A stretch of 34,510 nt of DNA, from positions 34,914,734 through 34,949,243 of the forward strand of contig NC_068993.1 in assembly GCF_001194135.2 (NCBI RefSeq), read 5' to 3'. This DNA is from Octopus bimaculoides. Its lineage: Eukaryota. Position numbers and translations under genes: made by a program. The notes under the pieces are model-generated. The model searched no databases. It was not told where the DNA came from and saw only the letters and a program-made list of their open reading frames with translations. This document shows positions 1 through 10,864 of this stretch, one piece after another (position 1 is the first letter of the stretch; each line of letters begins with the position of its first letter).

Positions 1-42
1 GAAGTGTTTTATTTTTAAGTCCAAAGTTTGACGATAAATAAT

Positions 43-220
43 GGTTTCAAATTCTGGCTTACTTCGGCAGTGTGGGGTAAGTCGCTTACATCCACCCTGT
101 TGCTCAACTGGCACTTAATCTATCGACCCCAAAATGATGAAATACAAAGCCGACCTCAGCCAAATTCAGAACGCAAGGTTCGGCGAAATGCCATTAAGCA
201 TTTTGTCCCGCCTGCTAGTC
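43..220 (-). mobile_element. tRNA-type SINE, degraded copy of the family at 12471-12680
   Basis: The reverse complement reads AAAATGCTTAATGGCATTTCG...GCTGAGGTCGGCTTTGTATTTCATCATTTTGGGGTCGATAGATTAAGTGCCAGTTG. By eye it aligns with 12499-12605 (AAATGCTTAGCGGTATT...GCCGAGGTCGACTTTACCTTTCATCATTTCTGGGTCGATAAATTAAGTACTGGTTG). Confidence 0.75.
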
Positions 221-1112
221 TAAAGATTGATAATATTGTCGGTCTTTGCCGTGTGGTACTGCGATGAAGAGAGCAGGATTCTCAAGTTTTGAAGTATCAA
301 CGAAAATCTTAAATTGCGTAAAGAGAGGATCTTTTCGGTTCAATCTAACAACTTTCGTTGATTGTCCTAGAAATTTATTTCTATCGTAACGGTAGAACTG
401 AATCTTAACAGGAAATTAGACCCGGTGAAATCCAAATGACAAACCATTTGGATTCAGTAATATTTTGGAAATGAAACAGCTGCTATCAGCGAATTTCCTT
501 GGCATAATTGCAACTCCAGAACATTATTGATAAGTTTTTTTTTTTTTTTTTTTTGTCATTTGTAAAGTTATTGAGGATCTAGTTTATGAAGTAACATAAT
601 TCATGTTTCAAACTTACGCATTTGATTGTGTGGAGGGTTTCTGATGTTTGGAGACTATTAAGAAATTCGGTTGGATAACTTAAAATTTGGTCTAACGAAG
701 TGACAATTTGAGAAACTGGGTGGGGAGTCTATCAATAGTCGAACGCACTCATTGAACATGAGACTAAAGATGAAAGATTTCCACACATGCATTGATCTTA
801 TTACCTGAGGCCTCTCATATATTACAAGCAGAGTTTGTCTAAACACGTCAGTTGAGATGATTTATAGAATTAGTGAATATTAGGCTCCATAACAATTGAA
901 CATGAAATATTTTTAAAGACTCTGAACACTGAAGACACATGGGAAACTCAAGACAAAATTCAGTGACAAAAGTCATATTCAATTTATAAACAATGGAGAT
1001 TTTGTCTTTTTTTTCCATTTTTGTTTCTTCATCTTAGTTATCATTGATTGAATAAGTTTCCTAACAATTCATAGAGAGAACGCTTAAAATCTAAATATAG
1101 TATCTTTTATTT

Positions 1113-1517
1113 TTTACTTGTTTCAGTCATTAGACTGTGGTCATGCTGGGGCACAGCCTTAAAGCATTTTAGTCGGTCGAATCGATCCCAGTACTTATCT
1201 TTTTTAAAGCCGGGTACTTATTCTATCGGTCACTTTTGCCGAACCGCTAAGTTACGGGGAGGTAAACAAGACACCGCTTGTCAAGCGACGGTAGAGGACA
1301 CACAGACACACACGCACACGCACACGCACGCACACACACGCCCACGCCCACGTACACAAACATATAAGACGGGCTTCTTTTAGTTTCTGTCTACCAAATC
1401 CATTCACAAAGCTTTGGTTGGCCCAAAGAAATGGTAGAAGGTTCCATGCAGCGGGACTAAACCCAGAACCATGTGACTAGGAAGCAAGCTTCTTATCGTA
1501 CAGCCACGCCAGCACCT
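1113..1517 (-). mobile_element. SINE, second family (tRNA-like head, internal CA tract)
   Basis: Shares long blocks with 16036-16412 in the same orientation: TTATTCTATCGG...CCGCTAAGTTACGGGG, TTGTCAAGCGA, GTCTACCAAAT, AACCATGTG...GGAAGCAAGCTTCTTA. It also matches 5722-6125 and 17985-18130 in the opposite orientation. Confidence 0.8.
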
Positions 1518-1976
1518 ATAGTATATATAATTAAAAAATCCCATCACGCTATCATTACATGGTCAATACATGAAGACCTAAAAGTAAATGACTTGTTTAA
1601 TTTGAAAAGATAGCTCAGTGCATTGGTGCATTGGTGGGGCGTTAACTGGATTGGACTAGGTAAAAAGTGTATTGAAAAGGTTTCGATGTTTCATGCTATT
1701 TACAATTAAAACTATTGAACTTTATTACACAGGAACAAATTGTTATACCCCAAATTATATTTACCCTACCACTACTGTTTGTGGCATGTAAACTATTAAA
1801 AAAAACGTATGTGGCCATCAAGTCCGCTTCGTCACTCCATGGTTTCGGATTCTATTTCGTTGCATGTTACGTTATTATAGTACGATCTATACATAATAAT
1901 GTGTGTATAGATCATAGTTTCAAGCTAAAAAATGCCGTCTAAGTGAGATCAAGAAAACAAACCATGCAGAGACACA

Positions 1977-1977
<1 letters not shown>

Positions 1978-2073
<96 letters not shown>
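1978..2073. repeat. (CA)n microsatellite
   Basis: Uninterrupted AC dinucleotide run; it explains the poly-TH and poly-CV ORFs. Confidence 0.98.
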
Positions 2074-2075
<2 letters not shown>

Positions 2076-2394
2076 ACGATTTCGCTAAGGCATACAAAAG
2101 GTATAATAAAAACCAATGGTTAGAATTCAGCTTTAAAGTAAACCAACAGTCTAGTACAGAGCATAATATCAATTAATGAAAGACAAAAGAACAAGTGATG
2201 CTTAATCACTCTCATTATTCTTTGTAACTTCTTGTAACCAACTCTGAAATAAGTATACATTTCATTTAAGTGTCTCCGATTACGTAAAAATACGTCGCAA
2301 GAACACTCAGCTCTGAGCGCAATGCTTCTTATAGTAGAGACAGTTGTAAACCCATGAAAGTGATTACGTAAATCCTTTTCGCTTGTCTCTCCTT

Positions 2395-3133
2395 AATCTG
2401 TCTATCTATCTGTCTGTCTGTCTCCCTGTCTTACTGCCTGCCTGTCTGTCTGTTTGTCTGTTTGTTTGTCTGTCTGTCTGTCTGTCTATCTGCGTGTCTG
2501 TCTCTCTCAATCTATCTGTCTCTCTACCCCTTCTCTATCCCCGTCTTTCTTTCTCTCTCACTATATATATATATATATATATATNNNNNNNNNNNNNNNN
2601 NNNNNNNNNNNNNNNNNNNNNNNNNNNNNNNNNNNNNNNNNNNNNNNNNNNNNNNNNNNNNNNNNNNNNNNNNNNNNNNNNNNNNNNNNNNNNNNNNNNN
2701 NNNNNNNNNNNNNNNNNNNNNNNNNNNNNNNNNNNNNNNNNNNNNNNNNNNNNNNNNNNNNNNNNNNNNNNNNNNNNNNNNNNNNNNNNNNNNNNNNNNN
2801 NNNNNNNNNNNNNNNNNNNNNNNNNNNNNNNNNNNNNNNNNNNNNNNNNNNNNNNNNNNNNNNNNNNNNNNNNNNNNNNNNNNNNNNNNNNNNNNNNNNN
2901 NNNNNNNNNNNNNNNNNNNNNNNNNNNNNNNNNNNNNNNNNNNNNNNNNNNNNNNNNNNNNNNNNNNNNNNNNNNNNNNNNNNNNNNNNNNNNNNNNNNN
3001 NNNNNNNNNNNNNNNNNNNNNNNNNNNNNNNNNNNNNNNNNNNNNNNNNNNNNNNNNNNNNNNNNNNNNNNNNNNNNNNNNNNNNNNTATATATATATAT
3101 ATATATATATGATGGACTTATATATATATATAT
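2395..3133. repeat. (TCTG)n/(CT)n low-complexity tract, then (TA)n on both sides of assembly gap N2585-3087
   Basis: Seen directly; ORFs spanning it are artefacts. Confidence 0.95.
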
Positions 3134-3159
3134 AAAAAGTCCAGATAATGGACATTTAG

Positions 3160-3585
3160 ACATTTTTTCCAGTGAGCTTACATGTTTCTGTCAAAATTTG
3201 GAGAAGCTAGTCCCTTTGTGTGATAATCATTTATTAATCGATCCATAGTGGATCGATGGAGAAAATATAGAACGGGCCAGCTCCCTCATCTATTTCAGAT
3301 ACCATATACTGACTGCCAAAATAAAGAATCATATTAAAAGGTATTGTTGAAAAACGGGTCATTTGTTAGAAACATGTATTTGACCTAGTTTTTAACTAAT
3401 ACTCATTGGTCGGATTCCTTATCTTAACAGCCAGTATGTGGTAGCACTGAAGAATATAAAGATCTATGTTCTTATTTTTTCAATCGATCGACTCTGGATC
3501 GATTGACAAATGTGATTATTACACGAGGGAACTAGACGTCTCCAAATTTTATTAGAAACATATACAAGCTATTTGGAATATATGT
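3160..3585. mobile_element. MITE-like palindromic element with about 92-bp terminal inverted repeats
   Basis: 3182-3273 (ATGTTTCTGTCAAAATTTGGAGAAGCTAGTCCCTTTGTGTGATAATC...ATCGATCCATAGTGGATCGATGGAGAAAATATAGAAC) aligns with the reverse complement of 3468-3561. The interior is non-coding. Exact termini and TSD are unresolved. Confidence 0.75.
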
Positions 3586-3815
3586 ATAAAAATCCATTAT
3601 CTGCGTGCATTTTGTTTTCTTCATATTACTCTGTACCAACACACAAATTTTTACTTAGTGACTATTCCTCGAATTTACAAACTGGACTGGTGAAAGCTTA
3701 AGTTCGGATTGCCTGGAATATCTGGATTCCCAGATTTACCACAGGACATATTTGTTAGCCTGGTGTACCTTTCTGTACAGATAGCTTGTTAAGTATTTCG
3801 CCTGAATTATTTATT

Positions 3816-3817
<2 letters not shown>

Positions 3818-3889
<72 letters not shown>

Positions 3890-3959
3890 NNNNNNNNNNN
3901 NNNNNNNNNNNNNNNNNNNNNNNNNNNNNNNNNNNNNNNNNNNNNNNNNNNNNNNNNNN

Positions 3960-4012
<53 letters not shown>
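3818..4012. repeat. (CA)n, gap N3890-3959, (TA)n
   Basis: Seen directly. Confidence 0.95.
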
Positions 4013-4013
<1 letters not shown>

Positions 4014-5721
4014 CGTGTATATGTGTATACATATGTTATATAAATGTATGTGTATATACATAAATTTATGAGTAGTATATATGCATATATGCATGTATGT
4101 GTGTGCATGCGCGCGCGTGGGCGGTGTGAGTGGGGTATCGATGAAAGAAATACCCATCAGCAGAAATTACCGCCAAATCAATGCATTCCAGAAAGTAATG
4201 ATGCTGTTTATGCTACTGGTTTTGCGCACAACCTGCCTTGTCGTTTTCGCCACCAGATATGCAGTGAACCAGTGACTGGCCCACAGAAACCTTAAACTAA
4301 CGACGCTATTATTCAAAAATGCATGGTACAAGAAGAAAATGTAAATATCTATATAAATTATTTATGACACTCTGCTGAAACTTGGAAATTTGGGCAAGAA
4401 TGAATTGGAAAAAATATTGATGTAGCCATAAAATCAATCCTAACTTTGTGATAAAGAAACGAAGAAATATTGGATTGGCGATTCATCCATCACCAATGAA
4501 CAGAATGATAATGTAAAGAATGCGATTGATTTTTTTATTTTTTTTATTTATTTATTTCTGAATCAACAATGTCCACCAATGATATCGCCTCACTAAAGTG
4601 CACAGGTGGTGAATTTGTTAAGCTGCTGCGAAATCTGACTGCATAAAAAGCTTTGAAGAATGAAACAAGACAGGCAGAGGAAATACTACAGAAGAATTTT
4701 AATGATGCAGAAATCATTAGCAAAAGCTTTAGATAAAAACGTATTTATTCGTTCTGCACACTAAACAATCTACTTTGACTCACCAGTTTTTGTAGGCATT
4801 ACGCCACAGGCATGATCATTTCAGAATGTTCAGGGTTGTAAGCAAACCAGGATATGTGAATAAAATAGTTTTTTTTTTTTTTTTTTTAGTTTTGAAAACA
4901 TTACGGTGTATATCTTTCTAGAATGACGCATATCAGTAGAAAGAAAAGCATTAAAAAACATCCAAGGAATTAAAAACATCGATAGTAACCAAGGATAATT
5001 AAACTTTAAATAAAGAAAAACTGCCATTATTGAACATGTTATAAATGCGCCAATTATTATCATAATTGTCAGTTTTGATTTGTTTCCACGAAATATTTTA
5101 TTTGTAGCATTTTTTGTAGCATTTTCTCTTGATTTAAAAGTTTTCTTCAATATTTATTAATTTTGAGGATTATCTGCTAGTTTTAACGCAATTACGTTCT
5201 TATTACAGTTTAATAAACTGATTGATTAAAACGGCAGTATGCGATGAATTCTGAAAAATTTGTTGAATCTGGAGAGAAATAAAATAGATAATCATAAGCT
5301 ACTAAATTAATTTTGATTTCTATTTTACGCTGTAAGCTTTAACTTTTTCCAGAGATTGTGTAAAAATGTACTAGGTCGACCTTGCTCAGTTGTTTCATCC
5401 TGACGCTGGATCTGGACACTAAATCTAATTCGTTGCTATGTGTGGTAACTGGAATGGACAGCAACCTACATCATGTAGAAAGCATAACATTTAGAAACCC
5501 TCAACAATGTGAATATCTTTCTGGATTCTTTATAATTCAGAAATAGCTATTGATTCATTCCGTCGTTACTTGGAATTTCTTGCTATGTATGATGGTTCTG
5601 GCGACAAGATTTTTATCGTCTCAGACATCGCACATAACAAAACACTGAGTAGCCACGGAATGAATAATATCTGCTTTTATCGAAAAAAATCAGCTCCTAT
5701 CACTTGAACTTCACAGAAGTT

Positions 5722-6125
5722 TGGAAGCCATGTGACTAAGAAGTTTGCTTTTCACTTGCGTAGTTCTGTGTTCGATTCCACTGTGCAGCATCTAATGTTA
5801 GTGTATTTACTATAGTCTAAGGTTAATCGATGTCTTGTGGATGAAATTTGATAGACGGAAACTGTAATGAAACCAGACGTGTAGATATATGTGTGTGTGT
5901 GCGTGTGCATGCGCGCGTGTATGCATGCGTGTGTATATCTTTGTGTTTTTGCTTTCCCCCACCACAGCTTGATAACCTATGTTGGTTTGTTTGCTTCCCT
6001 TTAACTCAGGTTCAGTAAGAATGAGTACCAAGCTTAAAAATAATGCATTGGGGTCACCTTGTTCGACTTCAAGGCGTTGCACCAGCATGGCCGGAGTCGA
6101 ATGGCTGAAACAAGTCGAAGATAAA
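5722..6125 (+). mobile_element. SINE, same family as 1113-1517
   Basis: Head GCCATGTGACTAAGAAGTTTGCTT...GTTCGATTCCACTGTGCAGCA contains a B-box-like GTTCGATTCC. It is followed by AGACGGAAACTG, an internal (GT)n, and the tail CACCAGCATGGCCGGAGTCGAATGGCTGAAACAAG, which mirrors the reverse complement of 1115-1150. Confidence 0.75.
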
Positions 6126-6199
6126 AGTAAGTATTTATGTGATCATCATGAACACAACACATTGTCCTCCAAATGTTTATATTCATCGATAATTATTTA

Positions 6200-6535
6200 A
6201 GAACTGATACCCACAAAAGCCCTCTGCAAAATCCTGGTAAACGCTCCATCTAGGCGATCATGAAGCTTCTTTGTCACAGTCCAGCTTTCGGCTCCATAGA
6301 GAAAAAATTCTCGCTAGACCTGCTGTAAAGAAGGCCAACCTTGTTGACTTAAAGGTATCTGCCTTCCAAACGGTGAAAGATTTATTAGGAGTTCTCCTGA
6401 CTCGTTCCTTGCCTGTCAGGAAATCTTTCTTACAGTCAGCAGCATGAGATTCAAGATACTTGAAGTCGTTGACCTCCTTGAGTTGTGCGTCACCTTTGGA
6501 ACAAATTGGTAAATGGCTGTCATCATCATTGAAGA
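6200..6535 (-). mobile_element. RTE/RTEX-like LINE fragment (RT thumb region), pseudogenised
   Basis: Minus-strand translation gives GDAQLKEVNDFKYLES at about 6450-6495. After a frameshift it gives LYGAESWTVTKKLHDRLDGAFTRILQRA at about 6215-6300. Both are typical post-RT motifs of RTE-type LINEs (FKYLGS, LYGxExW). Confidence 0.8.
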
Positions 6536-7084
6536 TATGGTCGTGTGTTCAATCTTCTTTGCAAGGGTTTTAGTAGATAATTTTAGCCTAGTAACTTTTA
6601 CTGATATCTGTTTATCAAACTGCTAATTCAGTGCATGAAGAACCATATGAAAACTGTTACCCAGTGTAAATATGGAGAAGCACAGACATATCCTACACAC
6701 AATACACACAAACATATGGCTGAGATAGTTTACATGACCTACTATTGATTGCTGCATTTTCAAGGGGTATTAGCAACTCTTGTACAGTGAATGGGATGTG
6801 TGCGTAGTATCGACAGTACAGTAGAGGTCAGAGAGATATAGCTCTGTTGATGTCTTGATCACTTCTATTTAGAGGTGTGTATCTTAGATAGGGTTACTGT
6901 TCCTACAGCATTTCATGACTTCTTGGGCTAATCACCAACAACAGATTATGTAAACTGCCACAGCCATGTATGTGTGTGTGTGCCTGTGTACGTGTGCCTA
7001 TGGGTTTATGTGTGTGTATGTGTGTGCATGTGTGTGTGAGAGGGAGAGAGAGAAAAGGAGAGAGAATGAAAGAAAGAGAAAGAT

Positions 7085-7295
7085 ATGTCTGTGCTTGTCT
7101 ATATTCACACTGGGCAACCGTGTTCATGTTGTGGCCCTTCATTCACCATGGATTAGCAGTTCGATAAACAGATGTCGGTAAAGAAAGGTACTAAGCTAAA
7201 ATAAGTTTCGACTGCGAGATGAACAATTAAAACCCTTAAATTTTGGAGTCCCAGCATGGCCGCAGTCCAGTGACTGGGGCCTGTAAGAAAAATAG
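7085..7295 (+). mobile_element. Degraded SINE 3' half
   Basis: CCCAGCATGGCCGCAGTCCAGTGACTG matches the SINE tail at 6080-6110 and the reverse complement of 1125-1150. It is preceded by a (GT)/(GA) tract, as in the other copies. Confidence 0.55.
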
Positions 7296-8543
7296 AGTGA
7301 AAGAATAATAGAACTAGGACTTCAAATTTCCATTTGGTTATTCCTTGATTCGTTTCCTGTTGTACACAAACGTGTTATACTTTACTGGCGGAATAAAAAG
7401 ACTTGATGAAGAAAGCTTTTGCGTAAGCTTTCGGTCTTCATGTAATACCACGGGAAAGACAAAAGAACAGAGGCGTAATGTATATGTTTGTAGATCTGAC
7501 CAGTACTTCGGGAATATTTGTGTACCGAAAAGAATGGGATAACATAGCCTTTAGATTTATTTCTAAGAGTATTGACAGTTTCCAACGTTAGAAATGCAAA
7601 CAGTTCTTCAATATTGTAAATATTCGTTTCATATCCTTAGAACCGATGAGCTGCGCATTAATCAAAGTAGATAATCCAGTGATAAAACACAAAGGGAAAA
7701 TGGTTGAGTGACAATTCTGTTGGTGGTTTTAAATATTTGAGCTACAATTCTGCCAGTCTTTCAGTCTTGCGTAATATGTAAAATATAGAGCTGTAAGATG
7801 TAGGGTCTAGAAATTGGCTACGTTAGTGATTTTGTATTTGTATGTCACGTTCAAGCATTCGATTGGTAGAAACCACAGTTTTGTGTCTCTATTTATACAT
7901 TTTGTTTCTTTTGTTTTTGTTTATTTTTTGTTCTTGTTTTTGCTTTTGATTGAACAATACGTATTACTAGCAGCATAAAAAATAACAATATCAAAAGCAA
8001 CATAAAACATCTAATTTTTAATTTTTGTTCATATATAAAACAATTCCAAACAAACCCATTAACAGCGAAATAAAATGTCTGGTTTTAGTGGACGAAATTG
8101 TGAAAAATATATAAACAAATAAATAAAAAGAAAGAAAACGAAAATATATTTACTAAGTGTAATTGGTTTTCAATCAAATCTGAACTAAGATTTAAAAGAA
8201 AAAAAGTTAAATCAATAATTAAGTCAATCATGGCGTCAGTCTGAGTCGAACCTTGTAAGAAGAAATTAAAAAAATGTTATAGAAATCTATAGTGTAAGCT
8301 TAAATCAGTCGATTTCCTTGTTCTCTTTATGATTCAAGATTCTCGGTTCTAATGAAACGCCAAACATCGACGATTAACTACTTAAAGTAGGATTATGGTA
8401 TCATTGCAAAGTTACATGATATTTAATTATCTACTGAAGAATTTTGAAATATTTGATTAAATGATGTTTTGAAACTAATACAGCCAGCCGTCTCTCTCAA
8501 ACGAGTATGGCTTGGTAACATGTACTGTGCTTTCACTAATTCT

Positions 8544-8628
8544 TTTAAGTGCTTGTGTAGTAACGAATAGACATAGACAACCACTGGGTGGTTGTCTATG
8601 TCTATTCGTTACTACACAAGCACTTAAA
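8544..8628. repeat. Perfect inverted repeat: 41-bp arms, 3-nt spacer
   Basis: TTTAAGTGCTTGTGTAGTAACGAATAGACATAGACAACCAC-TGG-GTGGTTGTCTATGTCTATTCGTTACTACACAAGCACTTAAA; the arms are exact reverse complements. Confidence 0.97.
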
Positions 8629-8659
8629 GCCAGTGAAATATCCGAGATTGCTGGGTCGG

Positions 8660-8812
8660 GCATGATTGCTGCCCCAACACCCTGGCTGGTATTAATTTCA
8701 GCTGAACAGAGTAAAATAAAGGAAATACAGTGCCTTTCTCAAGGACACAATTCGCTTCCAAGACCAGGAACTGAACTCCTAGCTACTTGGCCACATACGA
8801 TCATATCTTGAC
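8660..8812 (-). mobile_element. Degraded SINE fragment
   Basis: CTGGTATTAATTTCAGCTGAACAGAG...TTTCTCAAGGACACAA...CCAGGAACTGAACTC resembles the antisense of a tRNA-type SINE head and core. Family assigned from memory only. Confidence 0.45.
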
Positions 8813-10864
8813 ATTAGTATGCATAAATTATGAACAACATTTTCTTAATAAATATATTTGGATGTTAACATAAACCTCTTATATGCATCTATAGCACATT
8901 CATACATGTATGCGTACATACATACATGTATATAAATATAGATACATGAATACATAAGCAGACATACAATCCTTAAATGTATTTTTCGTCAGTTTCGAAG
9001 ATGATTATTCCAACTGTTCAAACAAGTGAAGTGCATCTTTATTAAATTTTTGAGTAAATTTTCTTTTCCTTTTCCTCTTCTGTCCTTCTTTCTCCCTGTC
9101 CACCTCTCCGAAATTTCGTAGAGATCTTCGCTATTTTTTCCATTTTTCTCAAAGTTATTTTCCATGATTTCTTAGCTGGATAACCCTTAATTAAAGCTAA
9201 CAATCTATTATTTGTGCAATGATTAATCGGAACAGTTTAATCTTGAGGAATTAAGATAATGAATCAGTAACACTTGAATTGATTAGTCATGTCACTTCTT
9301 TAATGTACTAAACAGTATAACAGTAAATGATGTTTTTTTTTTAATCTTAGAACATAGTTGGCAACTGTCTTCTGATATACGTGATATGTCAAATGCAATG
9401 CCTGGCGCCAGCTATCTGCTGGTATATAAGCCGGTTTTGCCAGTACCAGCTTTTGTGAGCGATGGTGCTAAGTTTAATGTCATCTTTAGAATTGATATGC
9501 CTTTTAACTATTCTATAGTTTATGATCCCTTCCTGCTATTAGCCCTCGTAATTGACTGAGTGTAGTCCCACTACTTTACATTTCTTAAATGTTGATAATT
9601 CTGATTCAAGATCTTGTTGATGAACTGTTGCATCTTCAGCTTGTCACTGCTGCTTTGTCTGTTTGGTAAGCCTGAAAAGTTGAGAGTTCCGTAGCGTATT
9701 ACATAACCTTATGTGCATATTACATACCTGACTGTATCACGCTTAAGTCACAATAAAACTCTTAATAAAAGAATTATAGCGGTACCAGATAACCCATTCT
9801 TATATTTTTATCGTCAGTCCCTCTCTCTCTCTCTCTCACTATGTGTGCGCGCGCGCGTGTATCTACATACATTTTTACGGAATCAATTACCAAGTGACTT
9901 AGATATACATGAAAAAAGTTTGATATTCTGTTGTTCCAAAACATTGATTAAAACTTAACGTTGATAAATTTTATTCATATTTTAAGTAAGATATTTCGCA
10001 CTGTTAAGTTCATATTCAATGTTTATCAATAAATTCATTTTAGATATTGCAATTATTGCTATTGTTTTAAAACTAATTCTTGGAGCAATTTAATCACTTT
10101 TCTTTGCTATATGCCGTACTTAGTATGACTGAGGTTCATGACTTCTGTTTGAGATTGAACACTTAAAGTCTTGTATCACTCAATGTTAACTACTTTCAGC
10201 ACTGAAAATGACTTTAGCTCTGCTTTAAATTGAAAGCAATTATTTTTTACTACTGTTATCACTGGTCTCTGACTGGATGAAATAAAATTCAATTTGAACT
10301 CATGCACATGGCGGATCTTGGACACGACTGACGAACAGATTCTAAGACGTTCAGATACTTCACCGCGAAAAGAAAGTCATTTGATTTTATGCAATTCTGT
10401 TTATAAGCAGAAAGAAAATATTCACTTTCTTTCCTTCAAAGTTTCACTTTGGTTCTTTATAGTTGTTTAAATTCCAAGAAGTGGAACTTTGTTCCATACA
10501 TACAGACCAGATCCTTCTTAAAGAAATTTCAAGAACAGAAAATACATATTTATCCTTTTATAACTTCTCATCTCAGTCACTCCCGGCTCTTTCTCTCGTC
10601 CTCTTTCTCTCCCTTTCTCTTTCTTTACGCCAACAAATACAGTCTTCTCCACATTACTGTTACCTCAGGTCTGTAATTTCATTCTTACAAAAACTTGGAT
10701 TCTCATAGTTTTAAATTGCGAACAATTTAAACTACACTTTCTTCTTAGCTGAAGGGCAAATTGTTGTTTTAGTTAAGATCAAAGTATATAGTTAACGATT
10801 TGAAAAACCATCATCACATTTCACACATATATGCATACACATACACGCATGTATATATGATGTA

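Noticed and set aside
1939-4157. Long ORFs with poly-TH, poly-CV, poly-YI or X runs (also at 13775-15062, 22261-23413 and 32510-34481)
   Set aside because: They are translations of microsatellites, low-complexity tracts and N gaps.
7400-7442. TTGATGAAGAAAGCTTTTGCGTAAGCTTTCGGTCTTCA, hammerhead-like or palindromic
   Set aside because: It lacks an intact CUGANGA core on either strand and has no stem I; the palindrome is short and imperfect.
8475-8811. ORFs on both strands sharing LSACVVTNRHRQP...CLCLFVTTQALK
   Set aside because: This follows directly from the perfect DNA palindrome and is not evidence of coding.
9420-9460. Minus-strand TKAGTGKT resembling a P-loop (Helitron PIF1 helicase)
   Set aside because: The frame closes within a few codons and no other helicase motifs are nearby.
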